64,000 nt of DNA from an uncultured Pelagibacteraceae bacterium (GCA_902571055.1 CACGAM010000003.1:2070-66069); one strand, 5' to 3'; positions 19,301-32,197 are shown, counted from the stretch's first letter. A program made the numbers and translations. Notes: a model not told the origin generated them from the sequence alone.

Positions 19301-20407
19301 AAAGTTAAAGAAATAAATGAAGGTGAGAGTCTAACAACAGAAAAAATATTTAATTTAACTATAAATGAAATTTTTAAACTATCAGTGCAAGATCAAAATA
19401 AAATCGATGCACTTAATAAATTAAAGGAACAATATGATTTAGCAAAAGGTGACATTTTAGAGAGATTTGAGGATAAAGTATTAAAAATTAAACAAGGTGA
19501 TGACTTATTACCCAGTGTTATGAAAATGGTAAAAGTATTTGTTGCTATTAAAAGAAGATTAAGACCAGGTGATAAAATGTCCGGAAGACATGGGAATAAG
19601 GGAGTTGTAAGTAAAATAGTGCCTGTTGAGGATATGCCATATCAAGAAAATGGTAAACCAGTCGATATTGTTTTAAATCCCTTGGGTGTTCCAAGTAGAA
19701 TGAATGTTGGTCAAATATTAGAAACTCATCTGGGATGGTCGTGTACTGAATTAGGTGAAAAAATTAAAAAATTAATAAATGAAAATAACAAACTAATTGA
19801 AAAAAACGAAAAAATTTCAAATATTTTGAAAACTGTTTATGGCAAAGAGGTTTATGAAGAAAAAATTTCAAAATTAAGTGATAACGAATTTAAAGATCTT
19901 TGTGATAATATTCAAAATGGAATACCTATTGCTACACCAGTTTTTGATGGAGCTAAAGAGGATGATGTCACTAAAATGTTGGAAATTTCTGATTTACCAA
20001 AGTCTGGCCAAACTTTTTTATGGGACGGAAGAACAGGCGTAAAATTTGATAGACCTGTAACGGTAGGCACTATTTATATGCTAAAATTACACCATTTGGT
20101 CGAAGATAAAATCCATGCAAGATCAACAGGTCCTTATAGTCTAGTTACTCAGCAACCTTTAGGAGGAAAAGCACAATTAGGTGGACAGAGGTTCGGTGAA
20201 ATGGAAGTTTGGGCCTTAGAAGCTTACGGAGCATCTTACACATTACAAGAAATTCTTACAGTTAAATCAGATGATGTTGCGGGTAGAGTAAAAGTATATG
20301 AGACAATTGTTAAGGGAGAGGAAAATTTTGAATCAGGTATACCAGAGTCATTCAATGTACTAGTTAAAGAAATAAAATCTTTAGCGTTAAATGTGGAGCT
20401 AAATTAA
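16324..20407 (+). CDS. rpoB: RNA polymerase beta subunit (apparent +1 frameshift at A9 run 17631-17639)
   Basis: The two ORFs are consecutive RpoB parts; A8 instead of A9 gives [25 protein letters not shown] and one 1360-aa protein. Confidence 0.97.
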
Positions 20408-20408
20408 A

Positions 20409-23400
20409 ATGAGAAAAGAAATATCAGATCTATTTAAAAGTACAGAAATAAGTGATGCTCAAAATTTTAATAGTATTAAAATTACATTAGCTAGCCCAGA
20501 AAAAATTAAGTCCTGGACTTACGGAGAGATAAAAAAGCCTGAGACTATAAATTACAGGACTTTCAGACCTGAAAAAGATGGTTTATTTTGTGCAAGAATA
20601 TTTGGTCCAATCAAAGATTATGAGTGTCTTTGTGGAAAATATAAAAGAATGAAATTTAGGGGCATAATATGTGAAAAATGTGGAGTAGAGGTAACAAAGT
20701 CAAATGTCAGAAGAGAGAGAATGGGGCATATTAACTTAGCTACACCAGTTGCCCATATTTGGTTCCTAAAATCTTTGCCAAGCAGAATATCATTAGTAAT
20801 TGATATGAAATTAAAAGAGGTCGAAAGAGTGTTATACTTTGAAAACTTTATTGTTATCGAGCCAGGCCTGACAGGTTTAAAAAAAAATCAATTACTTGGA
20901 GAAGAAGAGCTTATTAAGTATCAGGATCAATATGGCGAGGAATCTTTTACTGCCGGAATAGGTGCTGAGGCAATACTTGAAATCTTAAAATCTTTAAATT
21001 TGGAAGACGAGAGAACAAAATTAGTTTCTGTAATAAAAGAAACCAAATCTAAAGTAGCAGAAGAAAGATCAATAAAAAGATTGAAGCTGATCGAGTCATT
21101 CATAGAAACTGGAAATAAACCTGAGTGGATGATTCTTACAACAGTACCAGTAATACCTCCAGAGTTAAGACCTTTAGTCCCACTAGATGGCGGTAGGTTT
21201 GCGACTTCAGACTTAAACGATCTTTATAGAAGAGTAATTAATAGAAATAATAGGCTAAAAAGATTAATGGATCTTAAAGCCCCAGATATAATTGTTAGAA
21301 ATGAAAAAAGAATGCTTCAAGAGTCTGTAGATGCTTTATTTGATAATGGCAGACGAGGAAGAGTAATTACAGGAACTGGTAAAAGACCACTAAAATCTTT
21401 AGCTGAAATGCTTAAAGGTAAACAAGGTAGATTTAGACAAAACCTGTTAGGTAAAAGAGTTGATTACTCAGGTAGATCAGTAATAGTTGTTGGACCAGAT
21501 TTAAAACTACACGAATGTGGATTGCCAAAAAAAATGGCTTTAGAATTATTTAAACCATTCTTATATGCAAGATTAAATAAACTGGGTCTTGTATCTACTA
21601 TTAAACAGGCTAAAAAATTTGTAGAGAAGGAAAGACCGGAGGTGTGGGACTCATTGGAATTAATTGTAAGGGAACATCCCATTTTATTAAATCGAGCTCC
21701 AACTTTGCACAGACTTGGAGTTCAGGCATTTGAACCAAAGCTAATTGAAGGAGACGCTATAGAATTACATCCACTTACATGCGCAGCATTTAATGCAGAT
21801 TTCGATGGTGACCAAATGGCAGTTCACATTCCATTAAGTTTAGAAGCACAGTTAGAAGCAAGAGTTTTAATGATGTCAACTAATAATATTTTAAGTCCAT
21901 CAAATGGGAAACCTATAATTGTTCCAAGTCAAGATATGATACTAGGTATTTATTACTTATCACAACCACCTTACCAATCAGAGAAAGTTGAAGGGTATTT
22001 TGTAAATACATCTGAAATAGAACATGCTCTTGAAATTGGACAAATTAAGGTTCATTCAAGAATAGTTTCTAGATTTGCAACTACAGACAGTGATGGAAAA
22101 GATAAATTTGAAAAACATATTAGTACCGCAGGTCGTTTTTTACTTGCAAATTTATTACCAAAGAATCACAATAATAAATTTTCATTAATAGATAGACTAT
22201 TACCAAAAAAAGTTGTCTCAGAAATAATTGACCATGTTTTTAGATTTTCCGGACAAAAAAATACTGTTATTTTCTGCGATAAGTTAAAGGACCTAGGGTT
22301 TAAACATGCATTTAAAGCAGGAATTTCATTTGGAAAGGATGACTTAATTATTCCTGAAAATAAAGAACAATTAATTGAGGAAACAAAAAAATTAATAGCA
22401 GACTATGAAAATCAATACTCTGAGGGTCTTATAACAAGGGGGGAAAGATATAACAAAGTTGTAGATGCTTGGTCAAAATGTACAGATAAAGTAGCCTCAG
22501 AAATGATGAAAAGAATCTCAGCCACAGAAATAACCAAAGAAGGTCTAAAAATAAATTCAGTTTTTATGATGGCTGATAGCGGTGCTAGAGGATCAGCGGC
22601 ACAGATGAAACAACTTGCAGGAATGAGGGGTTTAATTGCAAAACCCTCTGGAGAAATTATAGAGTCTCCAATTACCTCAAATTTTAAGGAAGGGTTGACT
22701 GCTTTAGAATATTTTAATTCTACTCATGGTGCTAGAAAGGGATTAGCTGATACAGCATTAAAAACTGCTAACTCTGGTTATTTGACAAGAAGACTCTGTG
22801 ATGTAGCGCAGGATTTAACAATAACCAAAAATGAATGCGATTGCAAAAATTTCAACGGGATTAATTTAACTGAAATTATCGAGGGAGGAAATGTAATCGT
22901 ATCTTTATCTGAAAGAGCTTTAGGGAGAGTAGCTGCTGCTGATGTAAAAAATCCAATTTCAGGCGAAAATATTATTAAAAAAGGTGAAATGATTGACGAA
23001 GCGATATGTGAGAAAATAGACGCTGCAGGTGTGAAATCTCTCAGAGTTCATTCAGTTATTACATGTGGTTCCAAAGAAGGTGTTTGTGCAATGTCTTATG
23101 GAAGAGACTTATCAAGAGGTAAAATGGTTCATGTTGGTGAAGCTATTGGAATGATTTCAGCTCAATCTATTGGTGAACCTGGTACACAGTTAACTATGAG
23201 AACCTTTCACGTTGGAGGTACGGCATCAATTAAACAAGACTCCCAAATTATTACTAAGCATGAAGGGACATTGAAAATATTAAATACCAATTTAATTGAG
23301 GACTCAAAGAAAAATTTAGTTGTAATGGGTAGAAATACTCAACTTTTAATCGAAGACGACAATGAGTTACAAAAAGCAGTTTACAAAGTTCCATATGGAT

Positions 23401-24578
23401 CAAAATTATTTTTTCAAAACGGTGATAAAATTAAAAAGAATTCTAAAATATGTGAATGGGATCCATATACAACCCCAGTGATAGCAGAAACTAGTGGTAT
23501 AGTAAATTTTGTAGATTTGATGGATGGTGTATCTTTAGCTGAAACTGTTGATGATGCTACAGGAATATCTATTAAAACTGTAATTGATTGGAAAACACAA
23601 TCAAAAAATACTGATTTAAAACCGAGAATTACATTAAGAGATGAAAAAGGAAATGTAATTAAAAAGGCAGATGATAATGAGGCTAGATATTATTTAGTTC
23701 CAGATTCAATTTTATCGGTTAAAGATGGACAAAAAATATTTGCAGGCGATGTTATAGCAAGATTACCAAAAGAAACATCTAAAACTAAAGATATTACTGG
23801 CGGACTTCCAAGAGTAGCTGAACTGTTCGAAGCAAGAAAGGCAAAAGATAGTGCAATAATTGCAGAAAATGATGGCAAGGTTTTATTTGGCAAAGAAGTC
23901 CGAGGAAAACAAAGAGTAACCATTGAGTCTAGTAACGGAGAGACCTCATCTTATTTAATACCTAAAGGTAAACACATAAACTTTAATCAAGGTGAAAAAA
24001 TTAAAAAGGGTGAATATTTGCTTGACGGACAACCTTTGCCACATGATATTCTACGTATATTGGGCATTGAGGAATTAACAGAGTATTTTGTTAACCAAGT
24101 TCAAGAAGTCTATAGACTACAAGGAGTAATAATTAATGATAAGCACATTGAGGTAATACTTAGACAAATGTTGAAAAAAGTCGAAGTTAAAGAAACTGGA
24201 GATTCTGCTTTATTACCTGGAGAAATTGTTGATAGAATTAAATTTTTAAATATGAACGAAAAACTTTTGAATGAAGGTAAGAAAGAGGCGAGAGGCGAGA
24301 GAGTTTTAATGGGAATAACAAAAGCATCATTACAAACAGAGTCATTTATCTCTGCTGCATCTTTCCAAGAAACTACAAGAGTACTAACTGATGCTGCAAT
24401 TAAAGGTAAAGTAGATAAATTGACTGGTCTTAAAGAGAATGTAATAGTTGGAAGACTTGTGCCGGCAGGAACTGGCTCAATAAAAAATTTATGGAATAAA
24501 ATGGCTCATAAAGATGATGAAAATTTTTTATCTCAACAAGAAAAGCTTGAGACTTCAAAAGACCAAGTAAATCAATAA
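20409..24578 (+). CDS. rpoC: RNA polymerase beta' subunit
   Basis: [12 protein letters not shown] catalytic motif, N-terminal Zn finger. Confidence 0.99.
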   Translation: MRKEISDLFKSTEISDAQNFNSIKITLASPEKIKSWTYGEIKKPETINYRTFRPEKDGLFCARIFGPIKDYECLCGKYKRMKFRGIICEKCGVEVTKSNVRRERMGHINLATPVAHIWFLKSLPSRISLVIDMKLKEVERVLYFENFIVIEPGLTGLKKNQLLGEEELIKYQDQYGEESFTAGIGAEAILEILKSLNLEDERTKLVSVIKETKSKVAEERSIKRLKLIESFIETGNKPEWMILTTVPVIPPELRPLVPLDGGRFATSDLNDLYRRVINRNNRLKRLMDLKAPDIIVRNEKRMLQESVDALFDNGRRGRVITGTGKRPLKSLAEMLKGKQGRFRQNLLGKRVDYSGRSVIVVGPDLKLHECGLPKKMALELFKPFLYARLNKLGLVSTIKQAKKFVEKERPEVWDSLELIVREHPILLNRAPTLHRLGVQAFEPKLIEGDAIELHPLTCAAFNADFDGDQMAVHIPLSLEAQLEARVLMMSTNNILSPSNGKPIIVPSQDMILGIYYLSQPPYQSEKVEGYFVNTSEIEHALEIGQIKVHSRIVSRFATTDSDGKDKFEKHISTAGRFLLANLLPKNHNNKFSLIDRLLPKKVVSEIIDHVFRFSGQKNTVIFCDKLKDLGFKHAFKAGISFGKDDLIIPENKEQLIEETKKLIADYENQYSEGLITRGERYNKVVDAWSKCTDKVASEMMKRISATEITKEGLKINSVFMMADSGARGSAAQMKQLAGMRGLIAKPSGEIIESPITSNFKEGLTALEYFNSTHGARKGLADTALKTANSGYLTRRLCDVAQDLTITKNECDCKNFNGINLTEIIEGGNVIVSLSERALGRVAAADVKNPISGENIIKKGEMIDEAICEKIDAAGVKSLRVHSVITCGSKEGVCAMSYGRDLSRGKMVHVGEAIGMISAQSIGEPGTQLTMRTFHVGGTASIKQDSQIITKHEGTLKILNTNLIEDSKKNLVVMGRNTQLLIEDDNELQKAVYKVPYGSKLFFQNGDKIKKNSKICEWDPYTTPVIAETSGIVNFVDLMDGVSLAETVDDATGISIKTVIDWKTQSKNTDLKPRITLRDEKGNVIKKADDNEARYYLVPDSILSVKDGQKIFAGDVIARLPKETSKTKDITGGLPRVAELFEARKAKDSAIIAENDGKVLFGKEVRGKQRVTIESSNGETSSYLIPKGKHINFNQGEKIKKGEYLLDGQPLPHDILRILGIEELTEYFVNQVQEVYRLQGVIINDKHIEVILRQMLKKVEVKETGDSALLPGEIVDRIKFLNMNEKLLNEGKKEARGERVLMGITKASLQTESFISAASFQETTRVLTDAAIKGKVDKLTGLKENVIVGRLVPAGTGSIKNLWNKMAHKDDENFLSQQEKLETSKDQVNQ

Positions 24579-24607
24579 TAATTTCACTTTTTTTTTTATA
24601 TATTAAT

Positions 24608-24635
24608 TTGACAAATTTAAATTAAAGAGTATTTT
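24608..24635 (+). promoter_or_regulatory. Putative sigma70 promoter of the str operon
   Basis: TTGACA (24608-24613), 16-nt spacer, TATTTT (24630-24635). Confidence 0.55.
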
Positions 24636-24637
24636 GT

Positions 24638-24723
24638 CGATATTTTGGTTGGAAAGTAGCACTAAGTGCTAGACGCTGCCATTAACCCTGACAGTTATTT
24701 TCGCTCAAAATATATTATTTATT
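24638..24723 (+). ncRNA. Structured rpsL 5' leader (probable ribosomal-protein autoregulatory element)
   Basis: Nested stems ATATTTTG/CAAAATAT, GGTT/AACC and TAGCAC-TAA-GTGCTA; higher GC than surrounding spacers; immediately before rpsL. Confidence 0.65.
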
Positions 24724-25095
24724 ATGCCTACGATAAACCAGTTATTAAGAAAAAAAAGATACAAGCCTTTGTCTAGGAACAAAGTGCCTGCACTCGAAAA
24801 ACAACCATTGAAAAGAGGAGTTTGTGTAAAAGTTTATACAACAACGCCAAAAAAACCTAATTCAGCACTTAGAAAAGTTGCAAGAGTAAGATTATCAAAT
24901 GGTTTTGAAGTCACTGCATATATACCAGGAGAAGGACATAATCTTCAAGAGCACTCTGTTGTTTTAATCAGAGGTGGACGAGTAAAAGATTTACCTGGAG
25001 TGAGATATCATATTTTAAGAGGAAATCTCGATACACAAGGTGTAGCAAATCGAAAACAAAGAAGATCTTTATACGGAACCAAAAAAGGCAAATAA
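24724..25095 (+). CDS. rpsL: 30S ribosomal protein S12
   Basis: [21 protein letters not shown]. Confidence 0.99.
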   Translation: MPTINQLLRKKRYKPLSRNKVPALEKQPLKRGVCVKVYTTTPKKPNSALRKVARVRLSNGFEVTAYIPGEGHNLQEHSVVLIRGGRVKDLPGVRYHILRGNLDTQGVANRKQRRSLYGTKKGK

Positions 25096-25098
25096 GAG

Positions 25099-25569
25099 AT
25101 GTCAAGAAAAAGAAAATTACCAAAAAAAATTCCTATTGTTGATCCAAAGTACAAATCAGCGGTTATACCTAAACTTATAAATTCGATAATGTATGATGGT
25201 AAGAAAACCATAGCTGAAAAAATAGTTTATGACGCTATTGATAAAATAAAATCAAAATCAAAGGAAGAACCAATCATTGTTTTTAATGAAGCAATTAACA
25301 ATATTAAACCAACCGTTGAGGTCCGGTCTAGACGTGTTGGTGGTGCTACTTATCAAGTACCTGTAGAAGTAAAGTCAAAGAGATCACAAGCATTAGCACT
25401 AAGGTGGCTAATCGATGCTTCAAGAAAAAGAAAAGATAAAAAAATGGCAGACAAAATTTTTAATGAAATTTTTGATGCTTATCAAAATCGTGGATCTGCT
25501 ATTAAAAAAAAAGAGGACACTCATAAGATGGCAGAGTCTAATAAAGCATTTGCGCATTTTAGGTGGTAA
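25099..25569 (+). CDS. rpsG: 30S ribosomal protein S7
   Basis: RRVGGATYQVP, MAESNKAFAHFRW. Confidence 0.99.
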   Translation: MSRKRKLPKKIPIVDPKYKSAVIPKLINSIMYDGKKTIAEKIVYDAIDKIKSKSKEEPIIVFNEAINNIKPTVEVRSRRVGGATYQVPVEVKSKRSQALALRWLIDASRKRKDKKMADKIFNEIFDAYQNRGSAIKKKEDTHKMAESNKAFAHFRW

Positions 25570-25575
25570 AATATT

Positions 25576-27651
25576 ATGTCTAGATCTCACACATTAGAAA
25601 AATATAGAAATATCGGTATCATGGCACACATAGATGCTGGAAAGACAACTACAACTGAAAGAATTTTGTACTATACTGGTAAAAGTCATAAAATAGGTGA
25701 GGTGCATGACGGTGCTGCAACAATGGATTGGATGGAGCAAGAGCAAGAAAGAGGTATAACAATTACCTCTGCAGCTACCACATGTTTTTGGAATGATCAT
25801 AGAATAAATATCATCGACACTCCTGGTCATGTTGATTTTACAATTGAGGTTGAGAGGTCATTAAAAGTACTAGATGGAGCGGTAGCTGTTTTTGATGGAG
25901 TTGCAGGAGTAGAACCCCAATCAGAAACTGTCTGGAGACAAGCTGACAAATATAAAGTTCCAAGAATTTGTTTTGTAAATAAACTTGACCGAACTGGAGC
26001 TGATTTTTTTAGATGTGTAGATATGATAAAAGAAAGATTAGGCGCAAAACCTCTTGTCATGCAAATTCCGATAGGTATAGAGGCGTCTCTCAAAGGAATT
26101 GTTGATTTAGTTAAAATGAAAGCTGTAGAGTGGAAGAATGAGGATTTAGGTGCAGAGTGGGAAGAAAAAGAAATACCAGAAGATTTAAAAGAAATTTCAA
26201 ATAAATATCGTCAAGAACTTGTGGAAACTGCCGTAGAGCAAGATGAAAAACTTATGGAAGCGTATTTAAATGGTGAAGAGATTAAAACTGAGGATCTTGT
26301 CTCGTGTGTAAGAAAAGGATGTTTAAATTTTAGTTTTGTGCCGGTTTTAACAGGATCAGCTTTTAAAAATAAAGGTGTGCAACCTTTATTAGATGCGGTA
26401 GTAAATTATCTTCCTAGTCCTAAAGATATTGGATCAATCAAGGGTACTAAACCTGGTTCTGATGAAGAAATAACAATGAAATTTGAAGATAATGCCCCAT
26501 TCTCTGCGTTAGCATTTAAAGTTGCAAACGATCCTTTTGTTGGTTCTTTAACCTTTATAAGAATTTATTCAGGTACACTTAAATCTGGAACAGGAATTTA
26601 TAATACCTCAAAAGAAAAGGAGGAAAGAGTTGGTCGAATGCTATTAATGCACGCTAATTCAAGAGAAGATATTAAAGAAGCAAATTCAGGAGATATAGTG
26701 GCTCTGGCAGGGTTAAAGCATACAATTACAGGGCATACTCTCTCTGATGAAGACAATCCTGTTTTATTAGAACCAATGGAGTTCCCAGATCCAGTTATAG
26801 AGATCGCTGTAGAGCCAAAGACAAAAGGTGATCAAGAGAAAATGGGAGAAGCTTTAGGTAGATTAGCTAAAGAAGACCCATCGTTTAGGGTTTCTTCAGA
26901 TGAGGAGTCTGGACAAACAATTATTAAAGGAATGGGTGAACTTCATTTAGATATTATTGTAGATAGAATGAAAAGAGAATTTAAAGTTGAAGCAAATGTT
27001 GGTGCACCACAAGTTGCTTACAGAGAAACAATTTTAAATCAAGCAGAATTTGACTACACACACAAAAAACAAAGCGGTGGTGCAGGACAATTTGCTAGAG
27101 TTAAATTATCAATCGAACCCTTGGAACCTGGAAAAGGAAGAGAAATTGAAAGTAAGATTAAAGGAGGGGCTATACCAAAAGAGTTTATACCTGGAGTAGA
27201 AAAAGGGGTAGAGACGATATCAGATTCGGGAATCTTAGCAGGCTTTCCAATAATTGATTATAAAGTTACTATACTAGATGGACTACATCACGATGTCGAC
27301 TCTAGTGTACTGGCATTTGAATTGGCTTCAAGACAATGTTTTAAAGAAGTTTGCGCAAGAGGTAACTTAAAACTTTTAGAACCTATAATGAGAGTTGAGG
27401 TGGTGACACCTGAAGATTATATGGGCGATGTAATTGGAGACTTAAATAGTAGAAGAGGTCAAATTAATACTCAAGAACAAAGAGGAAATGCCACAGTAAT
27501 AACAGCAATGGTACCATTAGCTAATATGTTTGGTTATATAAATAGTTTAAGATCAATGTCTCAAGGAAGAGCACAATATTCAATGTTTTTTGATCATTAT
27601 GATAAAGTTCCACAAAATGTTCAAGATGAAGTGGTAAAAAAGACAGGTTAA
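25576..27651 (+). CDS. fusA: Elongation factor G
   Basis: [22 protein letters not shown]. Confidence 0.99.
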   Translation: MSRSHTLEKYRNIGIMAHIDAGKTTTTERILYYTGKSHKIGEVHDGAATMDWMEQEQERGITITSAATTCFWNDHRINIIDTPGHVDFTIEVERSLKVLDGAVAVFDGVAGVEPQSETVWRQADKYKVPRICFVNKLDRTGADFFRCVDMIKERLGAKPLVMQIPIGIEASLKGIVDLVKMKAVEWKNEDLGAEWEEKEIPEDLKEISNKYRQELVETAVEQDEKLMEAYLNGEEIKTEDLVSCVRKGCLNFSFVPVLTGSAFKNKGVQPLLDAVVNYLPSPKDIGSIKGTKPGSDEEITMKFEDNAPFSALAFKVANDPFVGSLTFIRIYSGTLKSGTGIYNTSKEKEERVGRMLLMHANSREDIKEANSGDIVALAGLKHTITGHTLSDEDNPVLLEPMEFPDPVIEIAVEPKTKGDQEKMGEALGRLAKEDPSFRVSSDEESGQTIIKGMGELHLDIIVDRMKREFKVEANVGAPQVAYRETILNQAEFDYTHKKQSGGAGQFARVKLSIEPLEPGKGREIESKIKGGAIPKEFIPGVEKGVETISDSGILAGFPIIDYKVTILDGLHHDVDSSVLAFELASRQCFKEVCARGNLKLLEPIMRVEVVTPEDYMGDVIGDLNSRRGQINTQEQRGNATVITAMVPLANMFGYINSLRSMSQGRAQYSMFFDHYDKVPQNVQDEVVKKTG

Positions 27652-27652
27652 A

Positions 27653-27961
27653 ATGGATAAACAAAACATTAGAATTAAATTAAAAGCTTATGATAATAAA
27701 GTTTTAGATCAATCTACTGAAGAAATTGTTAATACCGTTAAAAGGACTGGAGCAAATATCAAAGGCCCGATACCTTTGCCTACGAAAATTGAGAGATATA
27801 CTGTTTTGAGATCCCCTCATATTGACAAAAAAAGTCGAGAACAATTTGAGACAAGAACACATAAAAGATTAATTGATATAATTGAACCAACTCCTCAAAC
27901 AGTTGAAGCTTTAATGAAATTAGACTTAGCTTCGGGTGTGGATGTTGAAATAAAAATTTAA
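27653..27961 (+). CDS. rpsJ: 30S ribosomal protein S10
   Basis: [21 protein letters not shown]. Confidence 0.99.
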   Translation: MDKQNIRIKLKAYDNKVLDQSTEEIVNTVKRTGANIKGPIPLPTKIERYTVLRSPHIDKKSREQFETRTHKRLIDIIEPTPQTVEALMKLDLASGVDVEIKI

Positions 27962-27964
27962 TAT

Positions 27965-28675
27965 ATGAATGAGATAGCTTTAATAGGAAAAAAAATTGGA
28001 ATGACTAGAGAATTTCTTAAATCAGGTCAATCAGTGCCCGTTACAGTGGTTAAAATGGAAAAAGGTAGAGTTATTCAAATAATTGACAAGGATAAAAGAG
28101 GATATACAGCAATACAAATTGGTTTTGGTAATATTAAAGCATCAAAACTTTCAAAATCTCAAAAAGGATATTTTGCAAAAAAAAATACTGAGCCAAAAAG
28201 AGTTTTAAAAGAATTTAGGGTCAAAGATGTTGAAAATTATAAAGAGGGAAATGAACTTGGTTTAGAAATATTTAATGAAACAAAGTTTGTTGATGTAAAA
28301 TCAAAAACTATAGGAAAAGGCTTCGCAGGTGCAATGAAAAGACATAATTTTAGTGGGTTAAGAGCTACACATGGTGTCTCCATATCGCACAGATCACATG
28401 GATCAACTGGTCAAAGACAGGACCCTGGCAAGGTGTTTAAAAATAAAAAGATGGCTGGACATATGGGTGACAAAATTAGAACAATACAAAATATTGAGAT
28501 TATAAAATCAGATATAGATAACAATTTGTTATATTTAAAAGGTTCAATACCTGGTTCAAAAAATACCCAAGTTATAGTTAAAGAGGCAGTGAAAAATATT
28601 TCAAAACTGACATTAGCAGAGAAAACAGATAAGCAAGAAAAGATGAGAAAAATACCAGATAAGAAAAAAAAATAA
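27965..28675 (+). CDS. rplC: 50S ribosomal protein L3
   Basis: GKGFAGAMKRHNF, HRSHGSTGQRQDPG, MAGHMG. Confidence 0.99.
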   Translation: MNEIALIGKKIGMTREFLKSGQSVPVTVVKMEKGRVIQIIDKDKRGYTAIQIGFGNIKASKLSKSQKGYFAKKNTEPKRVLKEFRVKDVENYKEGNELGLEIFNETKFVDVKSKTIGKGFAGAMKRHNFSGLRATHGVSISHRSHGSTGQRQDPGKVFKNKKMAGHMGDKIRTIQNIEIIKSDIDNNLLYLKGSIPGSKNTQVIVKEAVKNISKLTLAEKTDKQEKMRKIPDKKKK

Positions 28676-29299
28676 ATGAAAATCGATAAAATAGACATCA
28701 AAGGAAACAAACAATCTATTGAGGTTGCGGATAAAGTTTTTGGATGCAAGATTAATAAAAATCTGATTAGTCAAGTTCTTTATAAATCAAATGCAAATTT
28801 TAAAGGTCGAAAAGCTAAAACCAAGCAAAAGAACGAAATAGTTGGTTCTACATCCAAAATTTATGCGCAAAAAGGTACGGGTAATGCTAGACACGCTAGC
28901 AGAAAAGCTCCCATATTTGTAGGTGGTGGGGTCGCACACGGACCTAAGGGAGAAAGTAATTATAAATTTAGAAAACTTAATAAAAGTGAAAAGAAGTTGA
29001 GCGTAACATCATTAATATCAGAAAAAAATAAAGATAACAATTTAATCGTCACAGACGATTTTGAAAAAGAGATTAAAAAAACAAAAGATATGTTTGGTAT
29101 TTTAAGTAGTTTGAATGCTAACAATTCTCTTTTATTATTGGATAAATCTTCAAAAGAAAATATATTTAGATCTTCAAGGAATATTCCAAATATAAAAGTG
29201 ACTGATATCAATCACTTTAGTTCATATGATATCACGAAATATAAAAAACTAGTTTTAACACTAAGCTCGATAAAAGAATTAGAAAAAAAATATTCATGA
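28676..29299 (+). CDS. rplD: 50S ribosomal protein L4
   Basis: QKGTGNARH, GGGVAHGPK. Confidence 0.98.
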   Translation: MKIDKIDIKGNKQSIEVADKVFGCKINKNLISQVLYKSNANFKGRKAKTKQKNEIVGSTSKIYAQKGTGNARHASRKAPIFVGGGVAHGPKGESNYKFRKLNKSEKKLSVTSLISEKNKDNNLIVTDDFEKEIKKTKDMFGILSSLNANNSLLLLDKSSKENIFRSSRNIPNIKVTDINHFSSYDITKYKKLVLTLSSIKELEKKYS

Positions 29300-29592
29300 A
29301 AAACAAATTAAACATTTACGACAAAATATTATCTCCAGTAGTTACTGAGAAATCTACAAACATGTCTGAGTTTAATAAAGTTACTTTTAAGGTGCCATTA
29401 AGTTCAAACAAAAAAAGTCTAAAAAAAAGTATTGAAAAATTATTTAAAGTTAATGTTACAAAAGTAAATATCGTAAATAAGAAATCTAGAATTAAGGTAT
29501 CTAGAGGAAAAAAAATCAAAAAAAAAGGTTACAAAAAAGCAATAGTTACACTTAAAAAGGGACAAAATATTGATTTAAGTACAGGATTATAA
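29296..29592 (+). CDS. rplW: 50S ribosomal protein L23
   Basis: PVVTEKS, YKKAIVTL. Confidence 0.97.
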   Translation: MKNKLNIYDKILSPVVTEKSTNMSEFNKVTFKVPLSSNKKSLKKSIEKLFKVNVTKVNIVNKKSRIKVSRGKKIKKKGYKKAIVTLKKGQNIDLSTGL

Positions 29593-29596
29593 AAAA

Positions 29597-30430
29597 ATGA
29601 CACTAAAAACTTTTAAACCATATACAAAATCTACAAGAGGCACTGTTTTAATAGATAAATCTGGATTATGGAAGGGAAAGCCTTATAAGCCACTAACATC
29701 TGTTAACAGATCTTCAAAGGGTAGAAATAACCTTGGTCGAATTACATCAAGAAACCACGGTGGTGGTCATAAACATAAGTATAGAATTATTGATTTTCAT
29801 AGAAGTAAAATTGGTATTAAAGGTTTGGTTGAAAGGATTGAATATGATCCTAATAGATCTTGTTACATAATGTTAATTAAATTTAAAGATAATGAAATGA
29901 AATATTATTTGGCGCCTCAAAATGTAAAAGTTGGCGATACAATTGAAAATGGTTCTAATGCAGAAATAAAACCTGGAAACTCTTTGCCGCTTAAAGATAT
30001 ACCAACAGGGATGGATATTCATAATGTTGAAATTCAACCAGGTTCTGGTGGAAAAATCGCTAGAGCAGCAGGTTCATCTGTAACAATTTCTGGAATTGAC
30101 GGTAATTATTCTATTATTAAGATGGTCTCAGGTGAAATAAGAAGAATAGACTCAAGGTCTATGGCCACAATCGGGATTTTATCAAATCCTGATAAAAAGA
30201 ATATTAAAATTGGAAAAGCAGGTAGATCAAGGTGGTTAGGAATTAGACCTCACACAAGAGGTGTTGTTAAAAATCCAGTTGATCACCCTCATGGAGGTGG
30301 AGAAGGTAAATCAGCAGGTGGAAGACATCCAGTATCTCCAACTGGTCAATCTGCAAAAGGATTAAAAACTAGAGATAACAAAAGAACAGATAAATTTATT
30401 ATTAGAAGACGAAAGAAGAGAGGAAAATAG
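29597..30430 (+). CDS. rplB: 50S ribosomal protein L2
   Basis: IEYDPNRS, NPVDHPHGGGEG. Confidence 0.99.
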   Translation: MTLKTFKPYTKSTRGTVLIDKSGLWKGKPYKPLTSVNRSSKGRNNLGRITSRNHGGGHKHKYRIIDFHRSKIGIKGLVERIEYDPNRSCYIMLIKFKDNEMKYYLAPQNVKVGDTIENGSNAEIKPGNSLPLKDIPTGMDIHNVEIQPGSGGKIARAAGSSVTISGIDGNYSIIKMVSGEIRRIDSRSMATIGILSNPDKKNIKIGKAGRSRWLGIRPHTRGVVKNPVDHPHGGGEGKSAGGRHPVSPTGQSAKGLKTRDNKRTDKFIIRRRKKRGK

Positions 30431-30433
30431 ATA

Positions 30434-30739
30434 ATGGCTAGATCAGTTTGGAAAGGTCCATTTGTAGAGGAAAGTTTAATCAAAAAAGTTGATAAATCCA
30501 AAAATGATCCAAATAGAAAACCAATTAAAACATGGTCTAGAAAATCTACAATAATTCCTGATTTCGTCGGATTTAGTTTTTTAATATACAACGGAAAAAA
30601 ATTTATACCATTAACGGTATCTGAAGACATGGTAGGTCACAAGTTTGGAGAATTTGCACCTACAAGACAATTTTTTGGACATACTCCAGCAGATAAAAAA
30701 GCAAAAGCAGAGGATGGTAAAGCCGGGGTTAAAAAATAA
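30434..30739 (+). CDS. rpsS: 30S ribosomal protein S19
   Basis: [21 protein letters not shown]. Confidence 0.99.
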   Translation: MARSVWKGPFVEESLIKKVDKSKNDPNRKPIKTWSRKSTIIPDFVGFSFLIYNGKKFIPLTVSEDMVGHKFGEFAPTRQFFGHTPADKKAKAEDGKAGVKK

Positions 30740-30741
30740 TT

Positions 30742-31143
30742 ATGAAAAGTAAATTTAAAAAAATGAGCGATAATAATAAAGATGTAAAATCGATAAATAA
30801 AAATATTAGATCAAGTGTAAGAAAATTAAATCCTATATTGAAATCATTGGTTGGTAAAAAAGTCGAAATAGCAATAAGAAACTTGTCCTTCTCAGAAAAA
30901 AGAATAACAAAAGATATAAAAAAAACTATTTCTTCAGCTGTTGCAAATGCAGAAAATAATTTTCAGTATGATATTGACAAACTATTTATAAAAGAGGCCT
31001 ATTGTGGAAAACAAGTTATTATGAAGAGATTTAGAGCACGAGCTAAAGGAAGAGCGGCACCTATACTTAAACCATATTCTAATTTAACAATTATATTATC
31101 TGAGAAGCAAAATAAAGAGGTGAAAAATGGGCCAAAAAGTTAA
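30742..31143 (+). CDS. rplV: 50S ribosomal protein L22
   Basis: [20 protein letters not shown]. Confidence 0.98.
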   Translation: MKSKFKKMSDNNKDVKSINKNIRSSVRKLNPILKSLVGKKVEIAIRNLSFSEKRITKDIKKTISSAVANAENNFQYDIDKLFIKEAYCGKQVIMKRFRARAKGRAAPILKPYSNLTIILSEKQNKEVKNGPKS

Positions 31144-31786
31144 TCCAGTTGGACTAAGACTCGGCATTAATAGGGGCTGGGACTCTGTATGGTACGCAAA
31201 GAAAAAAGATTTTGGCAATAATTTAATTGAAGACTATAAAATAAGAGAGTTTGTTAAAAAAAATGTAGTTAATTCTGGTGTTTCAAAAGTAATGATAGAA
31301 AGAACATCTAAAAAGTGTTTTGTAACAATTTATACTTCAAGACCTGGATTTGTGATTGGAAAAAAAGGAAGTGATATAGAGAAAATAAAAGGTAAAATAT
31401 CAAAAATTACATCAAATGAAGTTATATTAAATATTAAAGAGATAAAGAAACCAGAAACCAACAGTTATCTAGTAGCTGAAAATATAGCACAACAACTCGT
31501 TAAAAGAGTTTCATATAGAAGAGCAATGAAACGTGCAATGCAATCAGCTTTAAGACTTGGTGCTAGAGGAATTAAAGTTTCAATAAGTGGCAGACTTGGT
31601 GGAAATGAAATTGCAAGAACTGAATGGTTAAGAGAGGGAAGTATTCCATCTCATACTTTAAGGGCAGATATAGACTATGCTGAAGCTGAAGCATTAACGA
31701 CTTATGGAATATTAGGTATTAAGGTATGGATTTACAAAGGAGAAATTTTCACTAAAGAATTTAGTCAGGAGACAAATAAAAAATAG
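31127..31786 (+). CDS. rpsC: 30S ribosomal protein S3
   Basis: [25 protein letters not shown]. Confidence 0.99.
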   Translation: MGQKVNPVGLRLGINRGWDSVWYAKKKDFGNNLIEDYKIREFVKKNVVNSGVSKVMIERTSKKCFVTIYTSRPGFVIGKKGSDIEKIKGKISKITSNEVILNIKEIKKPETNSYLVAENIAQQLVKRVSYRRAMKRAMQSALRLGARGIKVSISGRLGGNEIARTEWLREGSIPSHTLRADIDYAEAEALTTYGILGIKVWIYKGEIFTKEFSQETNKK

Positions 31787-31789
31787 ATT

Positions 31790-32197
31790 ATGCTACAACC
31801 AACTAGAACAAAATTTAGAAAAGCACACAAAGGCAGGATACATGGGAATGCCTCAAGGTGTAATATAATGAATTATGGTTCTTTTGGGCTAAAAGCTTTA
31901 CAACCCGAGAGGGTGATTTCACGGCAGATTGAGGCAGCAAGAGTAGCCTTAACAAGACACATGAAGAGACAGGGAAGGGTTTGGACAAGAATTTTTCCTA
32001 ATATACCAATTTCTAAAAAACCAACAGAGGTCAGAATGGGTAAAGGTAAAGGATCTCCTGAATATTGGGCATGTAGAGTAAAGCCTGGTAGAATATTATT
32101 TGAAGTTGATGGTGTTACAGAGCAAACTGCTAAAGAAGCTTTATACAAAGCATCGGCTAAATTACCAATAAAATGTAAATTTATTAAAAGAATATAA
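31790..32197 (+). CDS. rplP: 50S ribosomal protein L16
   Basis: [20 protein letters not shown]. Confidence 0.99.
   Translation: MLQPTRTKFRKAHKGRIHGNASRCNIMNYGSFGLKALQPERVISRQIEAARVALTRHMKRQGRVWTRIFPNIPISKKPTEVRMGKGKGSPEYWACRVKPGRILFEVDGVTEQTAKEALYKASAKLPIKCKFIKRI

Noticed and set aside
16324-20407. Genuinely split RNA polymerase beta subunit
   Set aside because: The break is in an A9 run and a single-base deletion restores a continuous, normal-length RpoB; artefact is the simplest explanation
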